NCBI GenBank assembly: GCA_037447435.1
Contig: JBBIGR010000020.1
Coordinates: 10,850-74,849 of the forward strand
Source of the DNA: Fibrobacteria bacterium
Lineage (GTDB): Bacteria > Fibrobacterota > Chitinivibrionia > Chitinivibrionales > FEN-1185
Direction of reading: 5' to 3'
DNA: 64,000 nt
In this document: positions 29,974 to 39,906 of the stretch, piece by piece
Position numbering within the stretch: position 1 is the stretch's first letter
How the letters are laid out: every line of letters begins with the position of its first letter
The notes under the pieces: model-generated
Database searches by the model: none
Seen by the model: the letters and a program-made list of their open reading frames with translations, nothing else
Told to the model about the DNA's origin: nothing
Program-made: the position numbers and the translations under genes

Positions 29974-30401
29974 ACGCCAAACTATTGATTGTCGACGATG
30001 AACCGGATATACGCAATTCCCTGTCGCGCCGCTATAAATTGAAAGGCTATGAAGTCGAGACCGCCGACGGCGGACAATCCGCTTTGGCCTTATTGGAACA
30101 AAAACCGTTTCAGGTCGTCATTTCGGACATAAAGATGCCCGGGATAGACGGTATAGAATTGCTTCGCCGTATCCGGATCGAATATCCCATGACGCGGGTC
30201 ATCATGATGACCGGATATGTGACGCTTGAAAACGGGTTGGCATGCCTGCGCCACGGTGCCGACACCTGCATTTTTAAGCCGTTGGAAGACCTTGGCGAAA
30301 TGGACGAGGCGATTAACAAAGCGGAGTGTTACCTGCAGCATTGGGAAAAAAAGCTACTGCAGCTTAAGGGAATGGGATCAAAAAGCGGGGTAAGACGATG
30401 A
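29970..30401 (+). CDS. Single-domain response regulator
   Basis: IVDDE, SDIKMP, MTG, KP. Confidence 0.92.
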   Translation: MNAKLLIVDDEPDIRNSLSRRYKLKGYEVETADGGQSALALLEQKPFQVVISDIKMPGIDGIELLRRIRIEYPMTRVIMMTGYVTLENGLACLRHGADTCIFKPLEDLGEMDEAINKAECYLQHWEKKLLQLKGMGSKSGVRR

Positions 30402-32479
30402 ACGCAAGCGATGTGAATAACGAACTGCTGATCGGATTCATCGATGAGTCGATAGATTCTCTCATAGCAGTCGACAGCCTCTTTGTACAATTGGAAGCCG
30501 CGCCGGCGGACATCGACCTGGTCAATTCGATATTCAGGCCCATTCATTCGTTAAAGGGAAATGCCGCCTATTTCGGATTGATGAAAATTAAAAAGCTCAG
30601 CCATACAATGGAAAATCTGCTTGACAAAATACGAAAAGGCCAGAGCCGGGCCGATCGTACAAGCATCGATTCCCTTTTGCCCGGCGTCGATTGTCTTAGG
30701 TCTATGCTTTCCAACGTGCGGAACGGTGAAGAGGAAATTTCGGACGAGCAACCGTTGAGTGCCATTCTTGCGCACCTGGAAAACGTACTCGGCACTGCGG
30801 CAATGCCGTCGAGCAAGGATGCGATTTCGACCATAAGCGAATTGCTCGGTGAAATACGGAAAAACATGTCCGGCACGTCCGTAAGCGCGGTTGACAATCT
30901 TGTAAAGGCATTGGCCTCCGTACCCGGATTATCCGCCTTGGGCACGGCAACGGCAAAAAGCGAAGCCGTATCTGAGGGCAAACAGCCGCTTAAGGGGGCG
31001 GCCGGGAAGCTGCATGAAATACTGACAAGTAATAAGTCTCTGCGGAAAAACAAGGACCTAACCGCTTTGGTGGGGGAATTGATAACAACGATGCGCGACG
31101 AGCATAAGCAGGGGCTTGCGGCAAGGGCGGTTGAGGAAATTTTTGATATTTATGAAACATTCACGCATACGGAAAGCGGCATCGACGAACTCGCGATTTC
31201 GATGATGCAGGAAAAGCTGCCCGCCTGCGTTTCGGACACGAATCAACAGACTGCATCGAACGCCTCGGAACCGCAAAAAAACAAGGCCGAAACAAAAGTC
31301 AAGCACGATAAAACCATGCGGATTCCCGAACAATCGCTGGACGATTTTTTACGATGCGTCGGCGAACTTTTAGGCGTTGAAGAAATGCTGCGGAATTTGA
31401 TGCGGCTCAGCAATGCCGGTGCCGAAGAAAATATTATTGCCGCGAATCTCAAGGACGCCGTAACCCAATTTGAAGGCATTTCCAAGGAATTGCGGACAAA
31501 AATAATGGAAGTGCGAAAAGTTGAAGCCGGCATACTGCTCCAGAAAACGCCGCGGATAGTCCGCGACATTTCGACGCAATCGGGAAAGAAAATCAATGTC
31601 GAATGTATCGGCACCGAATTGCACATTGATAAAAGTTACATCGATTTGCTCGATGCGCCGCTGACGCATATGGTCAGAAACGCGGCGGATCACGGTATCG
31701 AATTGCCGCAGGTCCGTACGGACGCCGGAAAAAATGACACCGGGACCGTTACCGTCACGTTGCAGGAAAACGGCAATGATTTGCAATTGATTATTACCGA
31801 CGACGGCGCGGGGCTCAATTACGAGGGATTGCAAAAAAAGGCGGTCGGCCTGGGCATTGTCGCGGCAAACACGCAATTGTCAAAAAGCCAGATCGTGGAT
31901 TTGCTTTTTATGAGCGGCGTTTCGACTGCAACGGTCGTGACCGACGTTTCGGGCAGGGGCGTCGGCATGGATGTCGTGAAACGCGCCATCGACAGCGCGG
32001 GCGGAAAAATAGATGTCGTCAGCGTGCCGGGAAAAGGCACGACGTTCACCGTTTCCGTGCCGCGAAACGCAAGCACGCAAATTCTTGACGGATATTCGGT
32101 GCGCAGCTTTTCGGGCGACGTATACGTTTTGCCGATAGATTGCGTTGTGGAAGCCTTTAACATTTCCCCAAACGAGGTCTCGACGGTCACCGGCAAGGGG
32201 AAAATCATCAGCCGGCGGAATCTTGTATTCGCCGTATACACGCTCGACAACCTGCTGGGAATTCCCGCGGAAAGCCAGGACATCACCATGGGCGTCCTTA
32301 TCGAATTTAAGGGAAAAAAAGCGGTCATTGCGGTCAAGGAAATCATGGGAATACAAAAAGTGGTTTGCAAGCCGGTTGAAGGGAACGTCCTTGATAATGA
32401 ATTATACGAGGGCGCCGCCATCAGCGGGACCGGTTACGTATCGATGATTGTCAATATGGAGAACCTTCTCGATATATAA
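30398..32479 (+). CDS. cheA: Chemotaxis-type histidine kinase CheA
   Basis: Hpt FRPIHSLKG, HMVRNAADHGIE, DDGAG, SGRGVGMDVV, C-terminal CheW-like domain. Confidence 0.93.
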   Translation: MNASDVNNELLIGFIDESIDSLIAVDSLFVQLEAAPADIDLVNSIFRPIHSLKGNAAYFGLMKIKKLSHTMENLLDKIRKGQSRADRTSIDSLLPGVDCLRSMLSNVRNGEEEISDEQPLSAILAHLENVLGTAAMPSSKDAISTISELLGEIRKNMSGTSVSAVDNLVKALASVPGLSALGTATAKSEAVSEGKQPLKGAAGKLHEILTSNKSLRKNKDLTALVGELITTMRDEHKQGLAARAVEEIFDIYETFTHTESGIDELAISMMQEKLPACVSDTNQQTASNASEPQKNKAETKVKHDKTMRIPEQSLDDFLRCVGELLGVEEMLRNLMRLSNAGAEENIIAANLKDAVTQFEGISKELRTKIMEVRKVEAGILLQKTPRIVRDISTQSGKKINVECIGTELHIDKSYIDLLDAPLTHMVRNAADHGIELPQVRTDAGKNDTGTVTVTLQENGNDLQLIITDDGAGLNYEGLQKKAVGLGIVAANTQLSKSQIVDLLFMSGVSTATVVTDVSGRGVGMDVVKRAIDSAGGKIDVVSVPGKGTTFTVSVPRNASTQILDGYSVRSFSGDVYVLPIDCVVEAFNISPNEVSTVTGKGKIISRRNLVFAVYTLDNLLGIPAESQDITMGVLIEFKGKKAVIAVKEIMGIQKVVCKPVEGNVLDNELYEGAAISGTGYVSMIVNMENLLDI

Positions 32480-32504
32480 ATAGCCAGAGGCAAAAATAAC
32501 AACC

Positions 32505-33125
32505 ATGCGCGTTATTAATCTTGCGGCCACCAGGGGTACGGTGTATACCAGCAATGCGTTTCTGGTTCTCGGCGATTACAGTACAATCGCGGATGTCAAT
32601 ACGCTGGTCGATACCGGCAGCGATCCCGCAATATTGGAGCAGCTCGCCAAGGCGCCGACCGGGGTCGGAAAGCGCCCCGTCGAACAGGTGATATTGACGC
32701 ATAGCCATTCCGACCATTTGCTGCTTTTGCCTAAAATACGTGAATTATATAATCCGGTCGTGTACGCGCATTCCGCGTTTGCCGATGCCGATGTCGTGGT
32801 AAAAGACGGCCAAACGATTCGCTGCGGAGACCGTTCGCTCGAAGTGATATACACGCCGGGGCACAGCGATGATTCGATTTGTTTATTTTGCGCTGAAGAC
32901 GGTTCGTTGTTTGTCGGCGACACATGCGTCGTGATCCGGTCTACCGAAGGTACGTTTGATAAGCGGTTCGTGGAGGCGCTGGAGCGATTATGCCGACGTA
33001 ACGTACAAAAAATTTACTTTGGGCACGATATGGTGCTTGACAAGGGGGCCGCAAACGTATTGCGGGAATCCTTGGAAAATATTCGTATCGCGGTGCGAAA
33101 AAAAACGAACCGTGCTACGCTCTGA
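32505..33125 (+). CDS. MBL-fold metallo-hydrolase
   Basis: THSHSDH, TPGHS, VGD, GH. Confidence 0.92.
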   Translation: MRVINLAATRGTVYTSNAFLVLGDYSTIADVNTLVDTGSDPAILEQLAKAPTGVGKRPVEQVILTHSHSDHLLLLPKIRELYNPVVYAHSAFADADVVVKDGQTIRCGDRSLEVIYTPGHSDDSICLFCAEDGSLFVGDTCVVIRSTEGTFDKRFVEALERLCRRNVQKIYFGHDMVLDKGAANVLRESLENIRIAVRKKTNRATL

Positions 33126-33276
33126 TTGTGAGAACAGAGATCTTGTTTTTTATAGGCAATATGCGCCAAAAATCGTATACTTTTATGAGTGATTGAGCCG
33201 GGAACAGCCCTGTTTTATTCGCAGTGCGTATGAACTGCCCCGAAACCATGCGACTTGTGCGATCGGAATTATTCGA

Positions 33277-35265
33277 ATGAACGACGCGGTTTCACCGATA
33301 AAAAGTGAAAATAAATTCAGAGCGATTTTTGAAGCTATGCCTGCCGGTTGCAGTTATAATGAAGTCGTGTATAACAACGGAATTGCCGTCGATTACCGCA
33401 TTTGCGAAATAAACGCTGCTTATGAAAAAATACTCGGCTTGGCGCGGGCAGGTATAACGGGTAAATTGGCTTCGGAAGTTTACAGTTCCGAAAAAATTCC
33501 GTTTTTGGAAATATATTCCAAGGTTGCCGAAACAGGCGTTCCGCAAACCTTTGAAGCGTATTTTGAGCCGGCAAAAAAATTTTTACACATAGATGCATGC
33601 TCTCCTGAAAAAGGTGCGTTTTCCACGGCAGTTTCCGACATTTCGACGCGTAAACATGTGGAAATTTTGAGTAAATCCGTGCTTTCCGCTTTGCAAAGCA
33701 GCGAATTAAAGCAAAAAGCCATGATATCGAATATTTCCGATGTTATCGGCATCATCGATTCGAACGGAATCGTGAAGTATAAAAGCGACAACATCGAGAA
33801 ATGGTTCGGATGGAAGCCGCAAGAATTGGTAGGCGGCAACGCTTTTGTGATGGTTCACCCGGACGATATGGAGCGGTTGCAAAAAGAATTTCTCGGTTTA
33901 CTTGAAAACGACGGCACAATTAAAACCTTTGAATTCCGTTATAAATGCAAGGCTGAAAATTATGAATGGGTCGAGCTGACGGCGATAAATATGATAAAAG
34001 ACCCGGTCATAAACGGCATATTGATAAATTACCATGTCATTACCAGGCGGAAACTTGCCGAACAGGCGCTTTTGGAAAGCGAGGATCGCCTGCGGCGATC
34101 CGAAAAAATGGAGGCCATCGGGCAGCTTGCCGGCGGCATTGCCCACGATTTCAACAATGTGCTGGGCGGCATCATCGGGTATACCGATATGTCGCTTGAT
34201 TTTGCCGAAAAAGGTTCTGCTTTGGAAAGTTATTTAGGCAAGGTTCTAACGGCTTCGGAACGGGCAAAAAACCTGATACGCCAAATATTGACTTTCAGCC
34301 GTCAAAGCAATCATCGGAAATCGCTGATTGCCGTTGGTCCGGTCGTCCAAGAAGTGTTGGAACTGCTCAATGCTTCGATTCCTTCGTCCGTACATATCGA
34401 TGCGCAACTGGCAAAGGACACAAAACCCGTATTTGCGGATCCGACGACGATTCAGGAGGTACTGCTGAATTTGGCGACAAATGCGGTCTATGCAATGAAA
34501 AACAAGGGCGTCCTGACCATTGCGCTGTACCATACAAAACTAGACAAAGAAGAGTGTTGCAGGATAGGGAAGCTTGCCGCCGGGGAATATACGGTATTGG
34601 AAGTGCGCGATACGGGTTGCGGCATGGACGCGCAGACGCTGGAAAAGGCGTTCGAGCCGTTCTTTACCACAAAACCGGTAGGCGACGGAACCGGCATGGG
34701 TCTTTCGGTCGTTTTCGGCATCGTTCATTCGCACGGCGGCGATTTACAAGTCGAAACCGCACTTGGAAAAGGGACCGCTTTCAGGATCTTCCTGCCCGTA
34801 TCGCCGGATTCTGTTTTGGAAAACGCCGACAACGATACCGCCGCGTGCCGCGGCAATTTTGAACGGATACTGTTTGTCGATGACGAAACCATGCTGGTTG
34901 AAATGGCTCAGAAAATGTTGACGCAACTCGGCTATAGCGTTATCGGAATGTCGAGCAGCGTCGACGCCTTGCAATTCATAAAAGAAAATCCCCGCGGCAT
35001 CGACGTGCTTATTACGGACCAGACCATGCCCGATTTGACCGGAGTCGAGCTCGCTAAAGCCGCCTTAAAAATCCGAAAAGACCTTCCTATAGTCCTTTGT
35101 ACCGGCTATAGCAGCGAAATAAATCCCGACCGCGCCTTTGCTTTGGGCATCGGCAAAATGATGTTGAAACCCATACATCGGGGGCAATTTGCACAGACGC
35201 TGAGTGCTTTACTATATAGGAAAAAGGAGAATGGCAGTGGCGAAAATACTGGTAATCGACGATGA
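33277..35265 (+). CDS. Cytoplasmic PAS-PAS hybrid histidine kinase with REC
   Basis: AHDFNN, FFTTK, GTGMGL, TDQTMP; start reset to ATG 33277. Confidence 0.93.
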   Translation: MNDAVSPIKSENKFRAIFEAMPAGCSYNEVVYNNGIAVDYRICEINAAYEKILGLARAGITGKLASEVYSSEKIPFLEIYSKVAETGVPQTFEAYFEPAKKFLHIDACSPEKGAFSTAVSDISTRKHVEILSKSVLSALQSSELKQKAMISNISDVIGIIDSNGIVKYKSDNIEKWFGWKPQELVGGNAFVMVHPDDMERLQKEFLGLLENDGTIKTFEFRYKCKAENYEWVELTAINMIKDPVINGILINYHVITRRKLAEQALLESEDRLRRSEKMEAIGQLAGGIAHDFNNVLGGIIGYTDMSLDFAEKGSALESYLGKVLTASERAKNLIRQILTFSRQSNHRKSLIAVGPVVQEVLELLNASIPSSVHIDAQLAKDTKPVFADPTTIQEVLLNLATNAVYAMKNKGVLTIALYHTKLDKEECCRIGKLAAGEYTVLEVRDTGCGMDAQTLEKAFEPFFTTKPVGDGTGMGLSVVFGIVHSHGGDLQVETALGKGTAFRIFLPVSPDSVLENADNDTAACRGNFERILFVDDETMLVEMAQKMLTQLGYSVIGMSSSVDALQFIKENPRGIDVLITDQTMPDLTGVELAKAALKIRKDLPIVLCTGYSSEINPDRAFALGIGKMMLKPIHRGQFAQTLSALLYRKKENGSGENTGNRR

Positions 35266-35617
35266 TGAGATTATGAACAGCATGCTTTTGCAACTGTTGA
35301 CAAATGCAGGTCACTCGGTCTGCGGCGCGCCCGACGGGCGAATCGGGCTCGAACTGTTTCAGGACAAGCGGTTCGACCTTGTCGTTACCGACATCGTGAT
35401 GCCGGAAAAAGAGGGGTTGGAATTGATTTTAGGTATCCGGAAACAGAACAAAAAAATACCCATCATAGCGATTTCGGGCGGCGGAAGAATGCGTCCCGAA
35501 GGGTATTTGTCGTTGGCGCAGAAATTCGGTGCCGATTACACGTTTGAAAAACCTATCGACAAGGAACGCTTTCTCGCCGCAATACGGGAATGTCTGGAAG
35601 AAAATACGGCGGGATGA
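35231..35617 (+). CDS. Single-domain response regulator
   Basis: VIDDD, TDIVMP, ISGG, EKP; AAGGAG SD. Confidence 0.92.
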   Translation: MAVAKILVIDDDEIMNSMLLQLLTNAGHSVCGAPDGRIGLELFQDKRFDLVVTDIVMPEKEGLELILGIRKQNKKIPIIAISGGGRMRPEGYLSLAQKFGADYTFEKPIDKERFLAAIRECLEENTAG

Positions 35618-35622
35618 ATCGT

Positions 35623-36549
35623 TTACGGTTTTCGGAGGGGGCGGAAATGATCTTCGGTCAAGGTATACGCCTCCTTGTATAATTTTTCTATAAGTCCTTT
35701 TTTCAGCCGATTCTCCGCGTTTCTGCCGCGATTGAGTTCCATTTCCAGGCATGTCACCGCATGGTCGGGGTCTCTTATGCACGACATCATCGCCTGTTTG
35801 GAAAGAATATAACCAACCGGACAGTCGAAATGATTGCCCATAAGTTCCCTGAACACCCATACGGCCGCCGCAGCCCGGCGTTGCGCGGGGCGCAATCGTT
35901 TGTAGCCGGGAAACTTGGCCCGGTAATGCAGCATATGGTCGATGGTGAAATCCTTCTTGGTAAGTGCGACGCACTGCTGCGTATACGCATCGAATTTATT
36001 TTCCGCGTGAAGGCGTTCGGCAATGGATTGCTCGACGGTCAACAGGTCGACCACGTCGTTTATCGCATATTCCAGCAAGACCGGGTTTATCGGCCGCTTG
36101 AGCCAATTGGCGCGTTGGTATTTGTCCTTTAATTTTTTATCGATATTCAGGTGGTCTGAAATGTTAATTGGCAGGTTGAGCAGTTTTTGTCCTATCGCAA
36201 TGTCCCGGACCGGCGAAATCGTGCACCCAAGGATGTTTTGCGTCATGAACAGATCGTTTGCGCATGAGAACATGACCTTGGTTATTGCCGAATCGGTCAA
36301 TAAATCGCGCAGGGCCGCCGCATTCCCGGTTTTCAATACGTCGATTATTACGGCCTCTTTGCCGTCGAAGCATTGAAAAACGGATATCGAATACCTGTAG
36401 CGAATGCTTCCCTGGTCTCCTTCCATGTCCAAGGCGATTCTACCGATATTGCGTTTTTGAATATCGCTGAGATAGTCGATCAGGTCTTTTTCGCTGTCGA
36501 TGTATCGATGAGGTTTTGCCGTTTGCGTTTGAGCGGAATTTTGTTGCAT
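35623..36549 (-). CDS. rnd: Ribonuclease D-like 3'-5' exonuclease
   Basis: ALDMEG, WLKRP, YAINDV (DEDDy); HRDC-like C-terminus. Confidence 0.8.
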   Translation of the reverse strand: MQQNSAQTQTAKPHRYIDSEKDLIDYLSDIQKRNIGRIALDMEGDQGSIRYRYSISVFQCFDGKEAVIIDVLKTGNAAALRDLLTDSAITKVMFSCANDLFMTQNILGCTISPVRDIAIGQKLLNLPINISDHLNIDKKLKDKYQRANWLKRPINPVLLEYAINDVVDLLTVEQSIAERLHAENKFDAYTQQCVALTKKDFTIDHMLHYRAKFPGYKRLRPAQRRAAAAVWVFRELMGNHFDCPVGYILSKQAMMSCIRDPDHAVTCLEMELNRGRNAENRLKKGLIEKLYKEAYTLTEDHFRPLRKP

Positions 36550-36571
36550 TGTTTATTTACTGTAAATCAAT

Positions 36572-37447
36572 TTATTTGTACGAAATGACGTCTTTAAACC
36601 GCCGGTGAAACCAGCCGAAATAATGTTGCGGATACTTAGTTATCCATTGCGAAATGACATCGTTGTGCGCCTGTAATACCGCAGCAATGAATTCGTCTTC
36701 GTTGTCCCGCGATATCAAAATCGGCGCCGCTTCTTCGATCACAACCCGATAACTGCCGTCTTTTTGCATAATTGCGTACGGCAAAACGATTCCGAAATCC
36801 AATTTCTGGAGCAAGCCGGCTACGGTGCGCACCGTATTCGCGGTTTTTCCCAAAAACGGCGCCGGTATTCCCTGCTCTGCGGAAAATTGATCTATAAGCA
36901 TTGCGATAAGCCCGTTTCGCTTTAATACGACAATGATTTTCCGTAACGCACCCGACGCGTAAATCGGGGTGACTTTCGATTGTTTTCGTTTGGCAAGAAG
37001 CCATTTTTCGACGAGCGGATTGTGCATGGGGCGGGCCAAAACATTGAGGTCGGAAAACACGGTGCCGAAAAAGGTCGCCATGAGTTCCCAATTGCCGAAA
37101 TGAGCGAGCACGGCTATGAGCCCTTTTCCGTTTTTTAGCGCCTGATGAACCGCATCAAGGTTTTCTACGGTATAGGACGGCACTTTGTCGACCGGTCTGA
37201 GCATATCAACGGCATATTTGCCGACATTTGTGTACAGCTGCCTTGTTATTTCTTTTTGCCGGTCGGGCGGGTATAACCCGACATGGTCTAAATTTCTTTT
37301 TACGATTTTCCGATAAATGCCGAGATAATAGAGGGTAAGGCCGAAATTTTCTCCCGCAATCAGGGCTAATTTTCTGGGAACTACACCGATGCAGAATTCC
37401 AAAGACCGTAACAACACATATTCAAGAACATGGGAAAGCTTTTTCAT
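36572..37447 (-). CDS. Lipid A late acyltransferase-like protein (LpxL/HtrB family)
   Basis: AHFGNWE, MLIDQ, PFLG, YPQHYFGWFHRRF. Confidence 0.9.
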   Translation of the reverse strand: MKKLSHVLEYVLLRSLEFCIGVVPRKLALIAGENFGLTLYYLGIYRKIVKRNLDHVGLYPPDRQKEITRQLYTNVGKYAVDMLRPVDKVPSYTVENLDAVHQALKNGKGLIAVLAHFGNWELMATFFGTVFSDLNVLARPMHNPLVEKWLLAKRKQSKVTPIYASGALRKIIVVLKRNGLIAMLIDQFSAEQGIPAPFLGKTANTVRTVAGLLQKLDFGIVLPYAIMQKDGSYRVVIEEAAPILISRDNEDEFIAAVLQAHNDVISQWITKYPQHYFGWFHRRFKDVISYK

Positions 37448-37768
37448 AGCAATAAAATAACCTGTGCCGCGGTTGTTTTGACCATTTCAGAATGAGTTTT
37501 AGCCTTGTTTGATTATTTTCCTTATGAAGGTCTAAAAGAATAGAATAAAAAGAATCATGTACGTTTTCTTATAATATGATAAATAAATATTAGAAATTAA
37601 AATAAAAAATAAAAAAATGTAACTTACTAAAAAACAATTTGTTAATAATATAAAAAGTAAGCTAATAGAAATAATTTAAAAAAATAAATAAAAATAAAAT
37701 GGCATTTTACAAAAAAACTTTTTATATTATTTACAAGAACTCAGAGAGGGGACTTTGAGGGAGGAAAA

Positions 37769-37812
37769 AAGGGCGATGCGTATGCGAAACGTACGCGTCG
37801 CCTTATTTTTTT
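37769..37812 (+). terminator. Intrinsic terminator hairpin upstream of the ABC-F gene
   Basis: ggcgatgcgtatg-cgaaa-cgtacgcgtcgcc 13-bp stem (2 G-U pairs) followed by a T tract. Confidence 0.8.
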
Positions 37813-37814
37813 AA
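37776..37814 (+). CDS. Candidate 12-aa leader peptide MRMRNVRVALFF
   Basis: GGAGG 11 nt upstream; the ORF runs through the terminator stem. Confidence 0.35.
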   Translation: MRMRNVRVALFF

Positions 37815-37924
37815 AGACTGTAAAATTTAAAAGGATCTTAATACATTTGTGTATGAGGTCCTTTAGTATTTTTGTTGCGTACATTTTTGCAGTTTTTATT
37901 AAAAAAGGATGCAAACGCCAATTT

Positions 37925-39553
37925 ATGATTACTATTTCGAATATAACTAAGTATATGAGCGGTGTGCCGCTGTATGAAAATGCGGGATTTCAGATTTTTG
38001 CTGGGGAAAAAGTCGGCCTTGTCGGGCCGAACGGTGCGGGAAAAACCACATTTTTTAAAATGATTGTCGGCGAGATAATTCCCGAGCAGGGAGAAGTGAG
38101 TATTCAGAATAATACCCGAATTGCCTATTTTTCCCAGAATGTCGGAGAGATGCGGGGGCGGACCGCGCTTCAGGAGGTCATTGCCGGGCACGAGCGCGCA
38201 GGGCAGCTCGCTGCAAACTTGAAAACATATGAAGACAGGCTTTGCGATCCGGATCTTGACCCGCAGGAAATGGAAAAAATTCTTTCCAAAATGGGCGACG
38301 ATCAAATCGAATTTGAAAAACTGGGCGGTTTCGAGATAGAAAACAATGCGCAGACGATACTCACCGGCCTCGGCATCATGCCCGTTGATTTCGACAAGCC
38401 CGTGGAGGATTTCAGCAGCGGTTGGAAAATGAGAATTGCCCTGGCAAAGGTTCTTATCGTCATGCCCGATTGCATCCTCATGGATGAGCCTACCAATTAC
38501 CTCGACATGGAAACCATTTTATGGCTGGAAGACTGGCTGAGGAATTTTAAAGGTGCGGTTCTTATGACAACGCATGACCGCGATTTCATGAACAGGATCG
38601 TTAAAAAAATCGTAGAAGTTGCGAACGGGACCGTAACCACGTTTTCGGGAAATTACGATTTTTACGAACAGGAAAAGGCCATACGCCTCAAACAGAATGA
38701 ATCGGAATTCAACCGGCAGCAAAGCATGCTGAAAAAAGAACAGGAGTTCATTGCACGGTTCAAGGCCAGGGCGAGTCATGCGGCCCAGGTTCAGTCCCGC
38801 GTTAAAATGCTTGATAAAATAGAGCGTGTCGAGCTGATCGGCGAAGGCGCGGAAATGAACATAGAGCTTCCCGAAATTCCGCGCGGCGGCGATGATGTCG
38901 TTGTCATCAAATCCCTGGCCAAATCGTTTGTGACTACCGGCGGTGATGAAAAAAAAGTGTTTTCCGGTTTAAGTGCGACGGTTCATCGCGGAGAAAAAAT
39001 TGCCGTGGTGGGCGTGAACGGTGCGGGAAAATCCACCTTTTTAAGAATTGTTTGCAAATTGCTGGAACCTTCGCAGGGTGAGGCGGTTGTCGGGCCGAGT
39101 ATCACTATCGGCTATTACGGGCAGCAAACGTTGGAAAAAATGGAACCGATGATATCGGTATTCGAAGAGGTGCAAAGGAAATTGCCAAATGCGAATGATG
39201 CGGCGGTACGCAGCACTTTGGCCGCATTCCTGTTTCGGGGAAACGATATTTACAAAAAAATAAAAACGCTGTCGGGCGGTGAAAAAACAAGGGTTGTGTT
39301 ATCGCATTTGATCACCACACCGTATAATTGTTTGGTCCTGGATGAGCCTACCAATCATCTCGACATAAAATCCCGGGAAATTCTCATGGATGCTTTGCAG
39401 CGCTATGAGGGTACATTACTGTTGGTTAGTCATGACCGTTTCTTTTTACGAGGAATCACCAATCGGGTTTTTGAAGTCGATCACGGCAAGATCACGGTAT
39501 ATGATGGAAACTACGAGTTTTATTTGGAAGAAAAGAAACGACTCGGACAATAA
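37925..39553 (+). CDS. ABC-F family ribosome-associated ATPase
   Basis: Two NBDs (GPNGAGKT, FSSGW, MDEPTN; GVNGAGKS, LSGGE, LDEPTN), inter-domain linker, no TM. Confidence 0.95.
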   Translation: MITISNITKYMSGVPLYENAGFQIFAGEKVGLVGPNGAGKTTFFKMIVGEIIPEQGEVSIQNNTRIAYFSQNVGEMRGRTALQEVIAGHERAGQLAANLKTYEDRLCDPDLDPQEMEKILSKMGDDQIEFEKLGGFEIENNAQTILTGLGIMPVDFDKPVEDFSSGWKMRIALAKVLIVMPDCILMDEPTNYLDMETILWLEDWLRNFKGAVLMTTHDRDFMNRIVKKIVEVANGTVTTFSGNYDFYEQEKAIRLKQNESEFNRQQSMLKKEQEFIARFKARASHAAQVQSRVKMLDKIERVELIGEGAEMNIELPEIPRGGDDVVVIKSLAKSFVTTGGDEKKVFSGLSATVHRGEKIAVVGVNGAGKSTFLRIVCKLLEPSQGEAVVGPSITIGYYGQQTLEKMEPMISVFEEVQRKLPNANDAAVRSTLAAFLFRGNDIYKKIKTLSGGEKTRVVLSHLITTPYNCLVLDEPTNHLDIKSREILMDALQRYEGTLLLVSHDRFFLRGITNRVFEVDHGKITVYDGNYEFYLEEKKRLGQ

Positions 39554-39906
39554 CTGCTTCGAGGGTATGTGTCGTCGAAGTAAGTTGTTACTCGTTTGTG
39601 ACTATAAGGGCTCGCGATGCTTTTGAAACCTGCTTTTTTCTTCCCCTAAACACATGGCATTATTGATTTGTATCATCAGTTTATTGTTTTAAATATTATT
39701 CTAAATAAATATTAATATTGTAACGAAATTTTTAATATAAATAAAAATGAAAGTATTTTTAATTAATAATAGCAAATAATTATATAATTGTATAAATAGT
39801 ATATTAATAACGTTTTAAAAAAAATAAACATTTTTAGAAAAAAATCCTATATTACTATTAAAATATACTTGTATTTTTTCTACAAATTCATCGCGCCGGG
39901 GGGAGT

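Noticed and set aside
37448..37740. AT-rich block as a replication origin
   Set aside because: No DnaA-box cluster noticed and no origin-associated genes nearby
39655..39670. TGGCAT as a fourth sigma54 promoter
   Set aside because: No GC at the -12 position
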